The notes below the pieces were generated by a model. It was not told the DNA's origin. It saw only the letters and a program-made list of their open reading frames with translations, and did no database searches. Made by a program: the position numbers and the translations under genes. From Neophaeotheca triangularis (lineage: Eukaryota): a stretch of DNA of 64,000 bases. Below are positions 22,701-33,712 of the stretch, in pieces; position 1 is the first letter of the stretch, and each line of letters begins with the position of its first letter. The DNA is taken from contig BAAIJX010000018.1 of assembly GCA_054600435.1 (NCBI GenBank), forward strand, positions 310,001 to 374,000, written 5' to 3'.

Positions 22701-25632
22701 TCAGTTGCTTCGCTGGTGTCATCTTTCGGGGTGCGCCCGGTCCATCTGAACCCGTGTCGCTTTCGTCGGAGACACCGATGGGGTTTTGAGCGTCACCGTT
22801 CGGAGAAGTTGCCTGTACCGACGCCTCGCTATCCTCATTATCGCTAAGGATGTTGATAGGGGTTGACGGTTGGGCAGATTTGATGCGGTTGGCGAAGAGC
22901 TTTCTCTCTTTGCTAGAAAGGAAAAGTCCGGTATCCTTCCGCGAAAGCAACACGTGAAGCAGTTTGTGAAAGCTGTAGAAATTGCCAGCATCGAGTAGAG
23001 GTTTTTTGGCGTACCGGGTGTTCTCGCGCTTTCCCCATTTCTTCGCTGCTGCAGAAGAGGGATCTGAAGGTAGAGGCAATTCATCCGTGAACAGCCCGTC
23101 CAATCGTGGGCTCCTATGGGCCCACCAGGCTTCGTACAGCCTTGCGCAAGTCATCATTGTGTCTTCGGTAGAAGCATCTAGCGACTCGGGATGGGGATCA
23201 TTCTCCACATAAGCATCTAGAGCACAACTGAGTTGAGCTTCGAAAGCGGAGTCATCTTGGATGCACTCATAAAGCTCGTCGCGATACTCCGGCCCTAAGT
23301 CAGCAAGCGCCTTCCACAAGACACGGTCCCACTGGCGAGCGCCGATGAGCATGTCATAAGTCCATTGACCGAGGAGCTCCACGGGAGCATCTTGGATTGT
23401 TCGACATTGCACAAGTTGTGCTTTGAATGGCATGGCTAGAAGCGTCGCCAGAGAACCCTGGTCGTTAGAGCCCTGGTCGTTCGAGCCCTCTGCTGGCGTC
23501 GACGGTCGCGAGGAGGTGAGATCCACAAAGTTTCTGCTTGACTCAGGCTGCTTCTCCCTCTTGAACCGCTTTTGAACGAACTGGCTCGGGCTGGGCAACT
23601 CATTAGGCGAAAAACTGGCGCTCAACTTCTTCGGAGTGACCATGGTGGCTGCTTTGACCGGTGTGATCAGATCAATCTCCTCTCGCTGCGAGCTGCGCGG
23701 CAGGCTTGGTCTGCCTTTTATGCTAGTAACAGGTTCATCGGGGCCCAGGTGGACGTGACGCGGCTCATTTCCATCGTCATCATCGGCTGCCGGTGCTACG
23801 CTGCGCATATCCTCAGAATCATCCACCACGAAACCATCCTCATGGTCGGACTCATGGCCTGCTTCGTCGTTGCGTTCGATGGATGTCACGTCGTTGTCAA
23901 GCTCCATACGGTCGTGATCCTCTGCGCCTTCGTTTTCCAAAGCCGGCGGCATGGGCGCAGTGTTCACACGTGCAGAGCCCCGTTCAGCAAACAGGCCATT
24001 CTCGGCGAAGGAGCTCGCTGGCGTCTTCAATGATCGTCGATTTGTGCGTGGTGCACGTGGCACTGCGATGGCGTGCTCTGGCTCCTGATCTCTCTTCCAG
24101 ACTGATATGTTCCAACGCATCTGCTCACGGTCTTCCAGCGTGGCCTCTGCGATCTCACAGATCGCCTGGACCTGGCTGTCCTTCGTGTACTCGTTGCGCA
24201 GTATATCAGCTTTGTAGCTAGTCAGACGATCCTCAAGCCCCACGATCTTCCTTTCTGAATCCTCAATCAGCTTCTCCCGGGCCCCAGCGCCGCCGCCCTG
24301 AATTTTCCAGACCGCCCATGCCTTCTTCTCTTCAAGCCGTGCCACATGCTGTTTCTTCCATGCATCAATGAAGGTCTCAACATAGCCTTCAAAGAGCTCG
24401 GAGATGCGGTCGCGAGAAAGCTTTGAGTTCTGCCGTCGAAGGTTATCCGCTTGCTCTTTCTCGATCTCCTCTGCAAGAGATGACCCGATGGACGCAGAAT
24501 CGCCCAGCACAGAGACGATCTCATCATCGTCCTTGTACTTGTCCCGCAAGAAGTCCCACTCTTCAGCCGAGGGTCCTGGCTGCGTGGTGTCGGTCGAGAT
24601 GGCAAGCCCACTCTGTACAAAGGCTGCATTTTCGCGGATGGCGCTGACTTCATTGTCGTTGCCTTTGAACTGGAAGACAGTGGCTGGAGGGTATTGATTT
24701 GTGGGAACCAGGCGATCTGGGTAGGGCTGAATTGCGATGGCAGTGCGGCCTCGCTCCCTAACCTCGAACTCCCTCGCCTTGGACCAGAAGTGCCGTAGAC
24801 GAGAGTAGACGTAGTGGCGGTCGCCGTCGCGTATAGGTTGCTGCGCAAATTGAAAGTGGTCTTCTTCTCCTTCGACACTGATGCCTTTGTGGTTCGGGAA
24901 GTCCTGGATTTCGGCACCAAGACGTGTCGAGCCGTAAAATATCTCCTCTGCTAGGAAAGCCTTATCGCGCATATACCGCATTGGGCCATCCTCGATTTCC
25001 TCCGAATATGCTGCGGGAGGTGTGGGGCTGGGGGTTTGCTGGATAGGTGAGCCCAAGGTGAGTTTCCTACGCTTTTTGCCTCCTTCGTCGACTATCTGCT
25101 CTTCAGTGCGGGCGTGTTTGCGGGCGGAATTGGTTGGTGGAATTTCAGACTCCGACTGCGCGTGGACAGAAGGCCTTGGAGACTCTGTAACCGTCTTTTG
25201 AAGCGTGTCCTTGCTCGCAGGCTGACCATTTGGTTCGCTGATTGTGGCTACTTCGTGGCGGGGCGCATGCTCTCCGACTCGAATATTCGTATCGTTTGGC
25301 GCGACGAGTCTAGCCAGAGCTTCGCAAGCTTCCGGTGACGGGGTATCCTTCTTGTAGACAGCGCAGTACCTAGGCGAGCTGTCTCGAAGCTTACGCAGGC
25401 AGAATTTGACAGCGTGGCGTGCTCCCAGCTTGCGCAAGCCGCATTCGTCCTTTAGGAAGGTGTCGTCTATCTCATCCAAGAGCACACTGCCTCTGATATC
25501 GTTTTCCTTCAAGACTTGTGCGAAAGCTTCAGGGTCGGGTAGTTTGCCATCGTTAGCGAGGAAGGCTTGGGCCTTGCTGCGCCAGAAGAGCGAGACGTCG
25601 TCTTCCGACCAGTACCACGGATCCTTGTCCAT
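19798..25632 (-). CDS. SNF2-family helicase/ATPase, ATRX/Rad54-like, with an N-terminal SAM-like segment (1944 aa)
   Basis: Motifs GCVLAHTMGLGKT, MDEAQ, ALTGTPMSNNL, ISTRAGGVGFN, FNPAWEEQAIGRAYRMGQ. Confidence 0.92.
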   Translation of the reverse strand: MDKDPWYWSEDDVSLFWRSKAQAFLANDGKLPDPEAFAQVLKENDIRGSVLLDEIDDTFLKDECGLRKLGARHAVKFCLRKLRDSSPRYCAVYKKDTPSPEACEALARLVAPNDTNIRVGEHAPRHEVATISEPNGQPASKDTLQKTVTESPRPSVHAQSESEIPPTNSARKHARTEEQIVDEGGKKRRKLTLGSPIQQTPSPTPPAAYSEEIEDGPMRYMRDKAFLAEEIFYGSTRLGAEIQDFPNHKGISVEGEEDHFQFAQQPIRDGDRHYVYSRLRHFWSKAREFEVRERGRTAIAIQPYPDRLVPTNQYPPATVFQFKGNDNEVSAIRENAAFVQSGLAISTDTTQPGPSAEEWDFLRDKYKDDDEIVSVLGDSASIGSSLAEEIEKEQADNLRRQNSKLSRDRISELFEGYVETFIDAWKKQHVARLEEKKAWAVWKIQGGGAGAREKLIEDSERKIVGLEDRLTSYKADILRNEYTKDSQVQAICEIAEATLEDREQMRWNISVWKRDQEPEHAIAVPRAPRTNRRSLKTPASSFAENGLFAERGSARVNTAPMPPALENEGAEDHDRMELDNDVTSIERNDEAGHESDHEDGFVVDDSEDMRSVAPAADDDDGNEPRHVHLGPDEPVTSIKGRPSLPRSSQREEIDLITPVKAATMVTPKKLSASFSPNELPSPSQFVQKRFKREKQPESSRNFVDLTSSRPSTPAEGSNDQGSNDQGSLATLLAMPFKAQLVQCRTIQDAPVELLGQWTYDMLIGARQWDRVLWKALADLGPEYRDELYECIQDDSAFEAQLSCALDAYVENDPHPESLDASTEDTMMTCARLYEAWWAHRSPRLDGLFTDELPLPSDPSSAAAKKWGKRENTRYAKKPLLDAGNFYSFHKLLHVLLSRKDTGLFLSSKERKLFANRIKSAQPSTPINILSDNEDSEASVQATSPNGDAQNPIGVSDESDTGSDGPGAPRKMTPAKQLRKQVKQNAKKKVANALARQKRFQAAKESQEDSQTARGVLASEIDEEFSIAINPMEPVETQHVIHPLLAKKLKPHQVDGVRSMWREITADASESESQGCVLAHTMGLGKTMQAVALLVALTEAARSKNKDIVAQLPPHLRWHKKRPPRMMVLCPPNIITNWLREIETWSCKNLDPVISIEAGLGQPEPTESLEYWYKLGGLLVIGHSLFRSLLSQNSDKKAKPSRYDKDTIARIYKMLLEGPDIVIMDEAQAIKNKNSSLTQLAHRLETPSRVALTGTPMSNNLGEAFALVNWVAPGYLGDEADFRDRYQGPIEAAGFADATYGEVRKGNKRLHILWHQIAPKVNRADITVMKGALPPKVEFLVTVPLTEVQDAAYRKFVQVLLTGRNADEQVGQTTLFSWLATLALLTNHPFAYREKLKTPKYVASKAKKGKTRQEKVTDDTTEIAVDGAQEGADNPEAEHEAEQIFDVDMYTLGFKEDTVVGLLEDLTSSLDQSLSAKTAILTQILQHSEAVKDKVLIFSQSLPTLRYLKQLLSTNNTNYAYIDGSVTMSDRFRILEEFKHKQHDVILISTRAGGVGFNMQTANRVIIMDSGFNPAWEEQAIGRAYRMGQQKAVFVYRFVAGGTFEKKLYDQQIYKTSLSKKVVDKKNSERHTMKSAGAEWLFEPKDVPQQDVDVHLGLDEQVMDKLIRNPDCQIRALTTFETLLRGEEHTPDLTPEEKYEVDQEIALNEMRKIKRPNLEGGAAPSTLPTNLAQTAFAANPAGMPNLLSAAAARLPSTAIPAGSTSVNGLPDVSRHFQAPPASTMPATGVKGLLHALASTPRVASKPTSPSFPEDDVHPPEGATDVDGEQETGRGPQVAGTTNSSPVNGVSNIRGEDADQDRYSSHVATNRGGADEVDADEGGKNTGTGAIKTPIEIEEDESDGEDSIPARRPEPESPSAGRMSSSVRQSSIAGKSKSRGVWHFWR

Positions 25633-26019
25633 AGCGCGTGGACAATGTGCGTGGTTTCGTTGCTTGTCGGTGGTTTGTGTTCAGAGAGGTCAGAAAGGTG
25701 CGAGGTCGAGTTGAAGGCAGACGCGGCAGAAACACGCTAGCGCAGTCCCACGTGACCAAACCGTCTACGCCTCTGAATTGTTAGAGTAAAGACTTGGGCT
25801 GTACAAGATTTCAGGCGTCGTTTGTGTTACAACTTTGGTGTTGTCGTCGGTGATGATGGAAGACACTGCGCTGGCTGGCTTGTTAGCAGATTTCGAAGAG
25901 TGGTGAACCGAAGTCGTACAGGGCATGGAAGTCCGAGATGGCGGGAATGAAGTGAGACCGGACTGCGACAACTTGAACCCACCGGCCAAGTGAATGCTGG
26001 AGCTACCTTAGCTAGGTGG

Positions 26020-26064
26020 CCTGCCCTGCCCTGCCCTGCCCTGCCCTGCCCTGCCCTGCCCTGC
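26020..26064. repeat. (CCTGC)9 microsatellite
   Basis: Perfect pentamer run in the divergent intergenic region. Confidence 0.95.
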
Positions 26065-26165
26065 ACATGATGTATACCTTAAGCGGTAAGGGCGTGAGCG
26101 GCCTCTACCTAGGTAGCCACCTGCATTCTTTCAGCCTGCAGATACATTTTCGAGCAACACACCCG

Positions 26166-26192
26166 ACACACACACACACACACACACACACA
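26166..26192. repeat. (AC)13 microsatellite
   Basis: Perfect dinucleotide run. Confidence 0.95.
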
Positions 26193-26968
26193 GAGAAGGA
26201 AGGAAAGTTGAGGGCAACACTCACCTACCTGAAGTTGAGCGGAAGTTTCTTGGGCGGTTCACGTCAATGAATCGGATCCCTCTCCCAGCAATGCAATATG
26301 AGGAATTAATATGGCAAATCCACGATGCGCAGAGATTGTAAAGGTCTCCTGGCAAATAATTCTTCTCTACTAGAGCCGGCCTTGCTACCCAGTCAAGGTA
26401 CGTACTGTGTAGAGGTCCTGCTGCTGTGCCGCCCTTGTCTCGCGCACCGCCGGGGACGCGCTGTAGGCTGCCTGTATCCAACCCAGCTTTGCATGACTTC
26501 TTCACATAAGGTACCTATGGCTTCTTGCTTTCGTTATCGTCTTCACTAATGTGGCCGCACCAGGCTCCTTTCATTCGAGGCGGGGACGAGGTAAGTGGAT
26601 TGTCTGGACTCCGGTCGCTTTGGTCCGATTACGGGTGCAGCGGTCGATTCCGAATTCTTGAGTACTGTTCAAAGCACAACAGACAGTGGACATGTATCCA
26701 TCAGGAGGTATTGCGTGGAAACATGCTGCGAGGCATTGCGACGGCAAGAGATATCCCCATATCATATCAACGCTGTAATTGCTTGAAGTCGCGTTCAGGT
26801 TCGCGCCGCGATAAGAAAGTGATTTGTCATCTCTAAAGGGGCCCACTTTTATTCTCGAGACTACCTAGGTACTAGTAAGGTTCGGCGAAGACACCCAGAT
26901 ATCGACGACCATTGAGCACTCACTCCTTCAATTTCACAGACGATCAATACATTGACGCCGTTGACAAC

Positions 26969-28709
26969 ATGGCGGCTCAGCTCTATCCGGAATACCCATC
27001 AAAACTTGACCGCGATCAGGAATCCTACCTTCTGGACAATGTCAAGGACTGGTCGATAGCTCATGGACTAGCAGTCAGGCCAGCACCCTCCTATATCCCG
27101 GACGAGAGCAATCCATCTGGCGCACTTGCAACGTCAGCACCGGTCACGCTATTCCCCAGCTTGTTTCCGAGGGTATGCTACGAGCAGGCTTTGTCCGTGG
27201 CAAAAGCCTACAACGATCTTTACTCGGCAATCGCCAGCGATGAGGCGTGGCTCAAGGATATAGTTGAGGAGTAGGTTCATCTTGCACGCCTTTGCTTCTT
27301 TGCTCCCATTGTCACTCGTGTCTGTATCGACTTCACTGGTCTCTCGAAACGAAGCCCTCTGGGACACGCCCTCGTCTTGTCAATCAAGCACTGACGTGCT
27401 TTTGTCAGGCTTCTCGACATTGATGAGTTCATTGCTGGGCTATGGAAGGTACATCTCGCTGTGAAGCAGGAAGGCTATGTACAGGTATGTAGTTGATTGT
27501 CGTTTTACATTCAGCTTACCACCGCTAACACTAGTGATCTTATAGCCTCTTTCTCTCGGCCTTTTTCGCTCCGATTATATGGTCCATGTCGATGCTTCAG
27601 GGCCGTCCAGCAAACCCTCAGTCAAGCAAGTTGAATTCAACACCATCGCTTCCTCGTTTGGCGGGCTCTCTAGCAAGGTTTCTGCGCTACACAAACACCT
27701 GTCCTCTATTGATGCGTATCCTGAGAGCTTGTCTTCCATCATCAGCCAGGACACTGTACCAGAGAGCCAATCAGTACCAGGCCTTGCACTCGGTCTAGCT
27801 AAGGGTCACCAAGCTTATGGCGAGTCTCGAGATGGACGTCAAACATGCGTGGTATTTCTCGTGCAAGACACCGAGCGCAACGTCTTTGATCAAAGACATC
27901 TCGAGTACGAACTCAACAGCGCACACGGAATCAAGACGTTCAGACTCCCGTTCAGCAGAGTCACCACAGACACCAAAGTAGACTCAGAGCGCAAGCTCGT
28001 TTACTACCCACCCCAAACTCCGCACCGCGCGTATGAAGTGACACTCGTCTACTTGCGCGCAGGCTACGCTCCGACAGAATACGCAAGCCAAGCAGACTGG
28101 GACGCAAGGTTGCACATTGAGCGGAGCGCAGCCATCAAGTGCCCGAGCATCCTCACTCACCTCGCTGGATCGAAGAAAGTTCAGCAGGTTCTGGCTACAC
28201 CCCATTCGCCCCACCTCGCTCGGTTCATGCAGAACGAATCGGATGCTGCCGAGGTGAGAAAGACATTTGCTCCCATCTACCCACTCGACGAAAGCGAAGC
28301 TGGGTTGGAAGCACGCAAACTCGCTACCAACCCGGAGACGGCTGTGAATTATGTCCTCAAGCCTCAGCGAGAAGGTGGTGGCAACAACGTCTACCGCAAA
28401 GCAATTCCAGGCTTCCTCAAAGACCTTCCAGAGTCACACTGGCCGGCGTACATCTTGATGGAGATGATTGAGCCGCCTGCGCAAAGTAACGTCATCTTCC
28501 GCAATGGCCAGCTCATGGAAGGAGGTGTGATCTGCGAGCTTGGCGCTTATGGCACTTGTCTTTGGAGGCAAGGAGAGAATGGTCGGAGAGAAGTGCTCGA
28601 GAACGACGGCGCTGGATACCTTCTGCGGACCAAGGGTGACTCGAGCGAGGAAGGTGGTGTTGCTGCAGGTTTTGGATGTGTTGACAGTTGCTGCTTGATC
28701 GACGTGTAG
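26969..28709 (+). CDS. gsh2: Glutathione synthetase (exons 26969-27270, 27409-27484, 27546-28709)
   Basis: Motifs APVTLFPS.FP, LGLFRSDYM, KQVEFNTIASSF, LAGSKKVQQ, VLKPQREGGGNN, EGGVAAGFG..DS. Confidence 0.95.
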
Positions 28710-29807
28710 TTAAGAAAGTCCTCGGAGTACGTAAGGTAGTTCGCGAGATTCTCGTGTCGCCGCGCCGTGACGGCAACCATCATTCCGAAAGGGACACAGA
28801 CTCCGCTTTAAGTTGCCTTGATGTTACAGGCAGGACATTTACTCGTCCTTAATCAGCACTCGCCTCGTGCCCCTGTAATCTCAGTAATAGTATTCTTCGG
28901 GTTGATGCACGGGCCATGTGAGAGATTTGCCCGAACGTTTTCTTTCCATTTTGGACAACCTCATCTCGCTTCATGATCTGCTCAGACCAAGCTGTCCTTC
29001 TTTTTCGTCCGATTAAAGAAGCGACGTGGGACTTCATGATCGCACTCGGACACTAGGAGACCTTGTTCGCCGAAAAGAGGCCCGCCCGGCAACATGTCAG
29101 AACAACGCACCGCGCACCAGCGACGGACGAGTAGCGACTTGCTCGCGGTAAAGACGTATCCAAAATGCTGCAAGATCACAAACTCGGCATCTAGGTACAA
29201 TGCGCCTACCTATAGCTTTTGATAAGAGCATTCGTCCGCCTATCGCTTCCGTAATGGCACAGCCTAGCTAAACTATAGCCAGCCAAGCACGGCAACTCCT
29301 CAAGCCTCATCCGAGCACATCACCCTATTCCTCAAAGGCACGGTTCACTCAAATGCGCGCTCTGACCTCCTTTCCTGTCTCGTGGCTAAAACACGCCCCG
29401 GCAGTGGTATCCCCAGACGCCACCGCGCCACGGGCATTACAATCTGGTTAGATCCTGGATCACCACCGAGGAATAGAGGTAAGCACTGGCCGCAAGATCG
29501 TCCAACATCCCTGGGCTACCTCAATACCGTGCTTGCGGTGTTGAAGAGGTTTGCTGGTGCTATGACCTGTACTCGCAGCTTCTTGCCGCTGCTGGCATTA
29601 CGGTGACCGTTGAGGGGGAGTTTCCTTTACTATCCTCGTTGCTGACCGTCTCGCTTTTTGTCACTTTTTGCTGTTCCTGTTACGCTCTTGTTGGTGAACA
29701 GTTTTTAACTCCTGTAATTTGTCTGGAGAAGCGCGCGGCTGTAAGAAAGTAACAACTGAGCTCCCAGCTGGCGGCGACAGCGCTCTGGTGTTGTTCAAAC
29801 GGCCGCA

Positions 29808-32800
29808 ATGAGGCTCTTGAAAGCCGTGGTGGCTTTGAGCTGCGCTCTGTCCTGCGTACGGGCCGGCACTATCAGACAGACTCTTCATAAAAGACAGACC
29901 AACGAGGTTGTACCCTCCGCAACGGTGTCCGAGATCGACTCGATGCCCACTGCGTCTGTGTCGCAGAGGCCAGAGGATGAATCTACACAATCTGCGGAAG
30001 AAGCGCGTACTATCTCTTCAGGGAGTAGCACACACTCGACCGGACGCGCTGCTGCCACCGACTCAGAGCTTGCAAATCCAACCATGGCCTCACAAACGGC
30101 GGTCCCTCTAACCATCTCAGCTTCAAGGACGTCCAGTGCATCCGCGAGTGCTTCAGCGACACACGACCCTGACGCGCTTCCGCTCAAACCGAAGATTACT
30201 CCGGGCATGGGAGTCGCGGGAGCCTTCTTGATGATCGCTGGAGCGACACTTACCTTGATCGGCATCAAGAATCAGTCCTTTCATATCTTCCTTTCCTGCG
30301 CGCTTCTCGCAAGTTTGTCGGTAACGGTGCTCATCATCTACATTATGAACCCACCTGTGCCCGATGCAATCCAGGGCGCCTACATGGTTGCAGCGGTCCT
30401 GACTGGTGCCGTCTTCGGAGCGGTGTCTCTGATCTTCAAGGAGATTACCGAGGGTCTGGTTTGCTTACTTGGAGGCTTCTGCCTCGCAATGTGGTTTCTG
30501 GTCCTCTCACCAGGCGGCCTTGTGCACTCGACTAGTGGTATCGCGACCATGATAGGAGTCTTCTCCGCCGTGGCATTGTCGCTGTCGTTCAGTCATTACA
30601 CGAGAACCTATGGGCTGATTGCTTGTACCGCGTTTTCCGGCAGCACTGCCACGGTTATGGGCATCGACTGCTTCTCCCGCGTCGGATTGAAGGAGTTTTG
30701 GCTTTACATCTGGAAGCTGAATGATGACACATTCCCTATCGATACTGATACGTATCCGATGACGAGGGGCATTAAAGTCGAAATTGCTGCCATGATCATC
30801 ATATTCGTCTTCGGGGTTCTATCTCAGCTGAAAATTTGGAAGATTGTCAAGGACAGGCGCGAGAAGAGGGAGCAAGAACGTATCCGTCAGGATGAGGCAA
30901 AGGACGAGGAGGATACGGCCGCCGGGAAGCAAGCATTGGAGAATGATGATGGCGAGCGTGCTGAATGGGAAGCCGAGTACGGTGATCGCAAAGAGGCTTC
31001 GTACGAGCAGGTTGGTTCGGGAATGGGTTCTTCTGTCCAGGAAAGCGAGCGCAAAGGATCCGTACACGTCAGAGAACGCGAAGTCCATGCTATCGAAATG
31101 GCCGGTGTTCCTGCGGGCGGAGCGAAGTCCCCAAAAAAGCACGCAAAGAAACCAAGCGTCACGGAGCGCATGGTATCTCAAGATAGCGTTCAACGGGTGC
31201 AGGAAGAGTCTCAGCGAGATTCAAACGAGCGCGAGGACTTATCGAGAAGATCTGGATCGGTATATTCTAGGCAGGAGGAAAGTGTGCGTGATCCGTTCAC
31301 CAACAGTGGACAGGCCTCCTTGCGCACCAGACCTTCAAAGGAGTCATTCCACGGCGCACCACCAGTTATGCCTCTGCCTTTCAACCTGCCACAAGAATAT
31401 GGCAATCCAGAAGATAAATCGCAAAGGCAGAGCCCACATAATTCCGACGACGCAGTGTATCATCAGACGGGCGCTGCCCCTTTGGTATTCGACTTCCTTG
31501 GAAAGGGTACCTCGTTTGACGCACCTCGAGCTGAGAGCAGAGCTTCGTCTGTCGCTGCTACCGCAGCGGATGAACCTGACTTCGCAGACACGAATAGCCG
31601 TAGGGTTTCGCGTGTGCCCACACCTTACGACGCAATCGCCGACCGTAGCAGGCTCAGTCTAGTCGTTCCTGGGTCTAATCCCATTTCACGAGCTCCGAGC
31701 CAAAGGAATTCAATGGTTGAGACCCCTTTTGAAGAGAATGATGAAGAAGCACTTGAGCGGGAGACCCAAGAGAAGGCACCGTTTGCTACCCCGGCGCAGG
31801 GCAAGAAGCAGCAGACTACTGACGATCTACCCGACGAATCGGTTGATTCACGATCGCCACAGATCAGCGATCCCAGTGGCGGGGATGATACAGCTTCCGT
31901 TGCCGGCAGTCTACGCCATCAACTGCCCGAAAAGCTCTCGAAGGTTGCAATGACTTACCGCACCAATGAATGGGCCAAACACATCGCCGACGCCGAACAG
32001 CCTGACTCCGAAGAAGACAGAGTCTCGACCTCTCCCGGAATCCAGGTCGACCGTGCGTTCGCGGAAGAAGCTGCGAAGCCCGTGAGACCTGTCGAGGAAG
32101 AAACTATCCGGGTCCGACAACCGCGAAACTTGCTTTCGCGCAATTCCTCGTACGCCCCTAGCAAGACGCGCTTCCGAAGCAGCAAAGACCGGCCCCACAT
32201 GTCGCGGCAGTCATCGAGCGCTACGATGATGCCCATTCATTCGTTCCAGAGTGGCGAGCCTACTGCACTTCCTCCAGCCGCTCGTCCCTCATCCGCAGTC
32301 CATAAAAGTTCAACAAAGCGCATCCTGTCGGCGCCTCTTCTGACCCAACCGCTCAAAGAATCGCCCGTAGAAGAGCAAAGCGCAGCCGAAGCAACTCGAA
32401 ACTTCTCCGCACCTCTTAACACGTTGGGCACAAACAACCTCTTGGATCAGCGCAACCAGATGCTAAACAGTAGGACCACGAGCACTTCGTTCAACACGCT
32501 GGATGGTTCCACACCCAATCTCAACCTGGCCACGCCATCCGACACAGCATCATGCCGTAACCGGCCTTTTGATGCCCGGGAAGCCAGCGAGCCATCCCGG
32601 TCACAGACACCCGAAGGCGACAACCTCACCCTAGCGCAACGCAAAGGCCTAATGCGACAAGAACAGCTTCCCCAACGCCAATCAACGCTTGCCCCACCCA
32701 TATCACGCAGAACATCCGGCACCGGCTCAACAGCAAACCTCATCTATGACTCCCACCAGCCCAAACGCAACAACACCGTCGACACGGCCAAACAAGGCCG

Positions 32801-33056
32801 CATCTACAACCAATGGCGGCAGTCTTTACAAGCCGAAGCGGCGGCCAGACAGCCTCAATGGAATGAAGACAGCGCTAGGCAGTCGATGCTGAATGAGCGG
32901 CGGCAGATCGAGGCTGCGCAGCAGAGGGAGACGGCAAGGAAGGTTAAAAGGCAAAGTACGAGGGATAGTCTTCTGAGGACCGGTGCGCTGAACGATGTGC
33001 ATCGTCAAGCTATGCGGAAGATGCAGGCGAAGGCTAATGGCAAGTATTTGGGGTAA
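29808..33056 (+). CDS. DUF4203 (TM7S3/TMEM198-like) multipass membrane protein with a long disordered C-terminus
   Basis: Signal peptide, S/T-rich stalk, about 8 hydrophobic helices, motifs GIDCFSR.GLKEFWLYIW and MTYRTNEWAKH. Confidence 0.8.
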   Translation: MRLLKAVVALSCALSCVRAGTIRQTLHKRQTNEVVPSATVSEIDSMPTASVSQRPEDESTQSAEEARTISSGSSTHSTGRAAATDSELANPTMASQTAVPLTISASRTSSASASASATHDPDALPLKPKITPGMGVAGAFLMIAGATLTLIGIKNQSFHIFLSCALLASLSVTVLIIYIMNPPVPDAIQGAYMVAAVLTGAVFGAVSLIFKEITEGLVCLLGGFCLAMWFLVLSPGGLVHSTSGIATMIGVFSAVALSLSFSHYTRTYGLIACTAFSGSTATVMGIDCFSRVGLKEFWLYIWKLNDDTFPIDTDTYPMTRGIKVEIAAMIIIFVFGVLSQLKIWKIVKDRREKREQERIRQDEAKDEEDTAAGKQALENDDGERAEWEAEYGDRKEASYEQVGSGMGSSVQESERKGSVHVREREVHAIEMAGVPAGGAKSPKKHAKKPSVTERMVSQDSVQRVQEESQRDSNEREDLSRRSGSVYSRQEESVRDPFTNSGQASLRTRPSKESFHGAPPVMPLPFNLPQEYGNPEDKSQRQSPHNSDDAVYHQTGAAPLVFDFLGKGTSFDAPRAESRASSVAATAADEPDFADTNSRRVSRVPTPYDAIADRSRLSLVVPGSNPISRAPSQRNSMVETPFEENDEEALERETQEKAPFATPAQGKKQQTTDDLPDESVDSRSPQISDPSGGDDTASVAGSLRHQLPEKLSKVAMTYRTNEWAKHIADAEQPDSEEDRVSTSPGIQVDRAFAEEAAKPVRPVEEETIRVRQPRNLLSRNSSYAPSKTRFRSSKDRPHMSRQSSSATMMPIHSFQSGEPTALPPAARPSSAVHKSSTKRILSAPLLTQPLKESPVEEQSAAEATRNFSAPLNTLGTNNLLDQRNQMLNSRTTSTSFNTLDGSTPNLNLATPSDTASCRNRPFDAREASEPSRSQTPEGDNLTLAQRKGLMRQEQLPQRQSTLAPPISRRTSGTGSTANLIYDSHQPKRNNTVDTAKQGRIYNQWRQSLQAEAAARQPQWNEDSARQSMLNERRQIEAAQQRETARKVKRQSTRDSLLRTGALNDVHRQAMRKMQAKANGKYLG

Positions 33057-33712
33057 TGGAGGACGGAGAAAGAAGAGCAGCCTTGGTTTCCTATGTCGCG
33101 ATACCCGGTTATTGTTGGAGACGTCGGTTGGGTTGCCTTCAGGGGACCAATACCGATATGATACCCGTGAGATGGTTGGTTTGGTAACTTGTAGTCGTAA
33201 ACTTGGAGAAGCGCAAAGCAACGTTACTTCTGCGTCGTTGTAACACTATATTTTATCCGTCCGATCTCAAAAACATTGAGCTGGACGTGGTTCTGTTTTC
33301 TGCCACAAGCCGAATATTTGCATGATGGCTCTGTATATACCTAGGTAATCGGAAACGTGGTAGGAAACGCAATCGAACCGTAAAATGCCATTGCAGAGGC
33401 ACCGTGCATCATAGACAGATATGCCTGCATAGCGTTCGAGCATGAAAGATCAGCCAGACGGTCTTTTCGAGTCAGATCGCGTTCTCAAACTCTGACCCTG
33501 TCCATGTGTGGTATAGCCCCACTTCTCGCGCTAATGCCGGCTTCCATGGCAGGACCCGCGCGTATACAGCTGTCTCCGCGATATAGGTACCTCGTAACTC
33601 TACTACATCCACTTTACTTTTGTGTCTAAACAACACGTACGCTCGCATTCACCGAGGATGCTATCGGGCGACATATAATAATCTCAATCGTCGTGGGCGC
33701 ACCTCACCAACA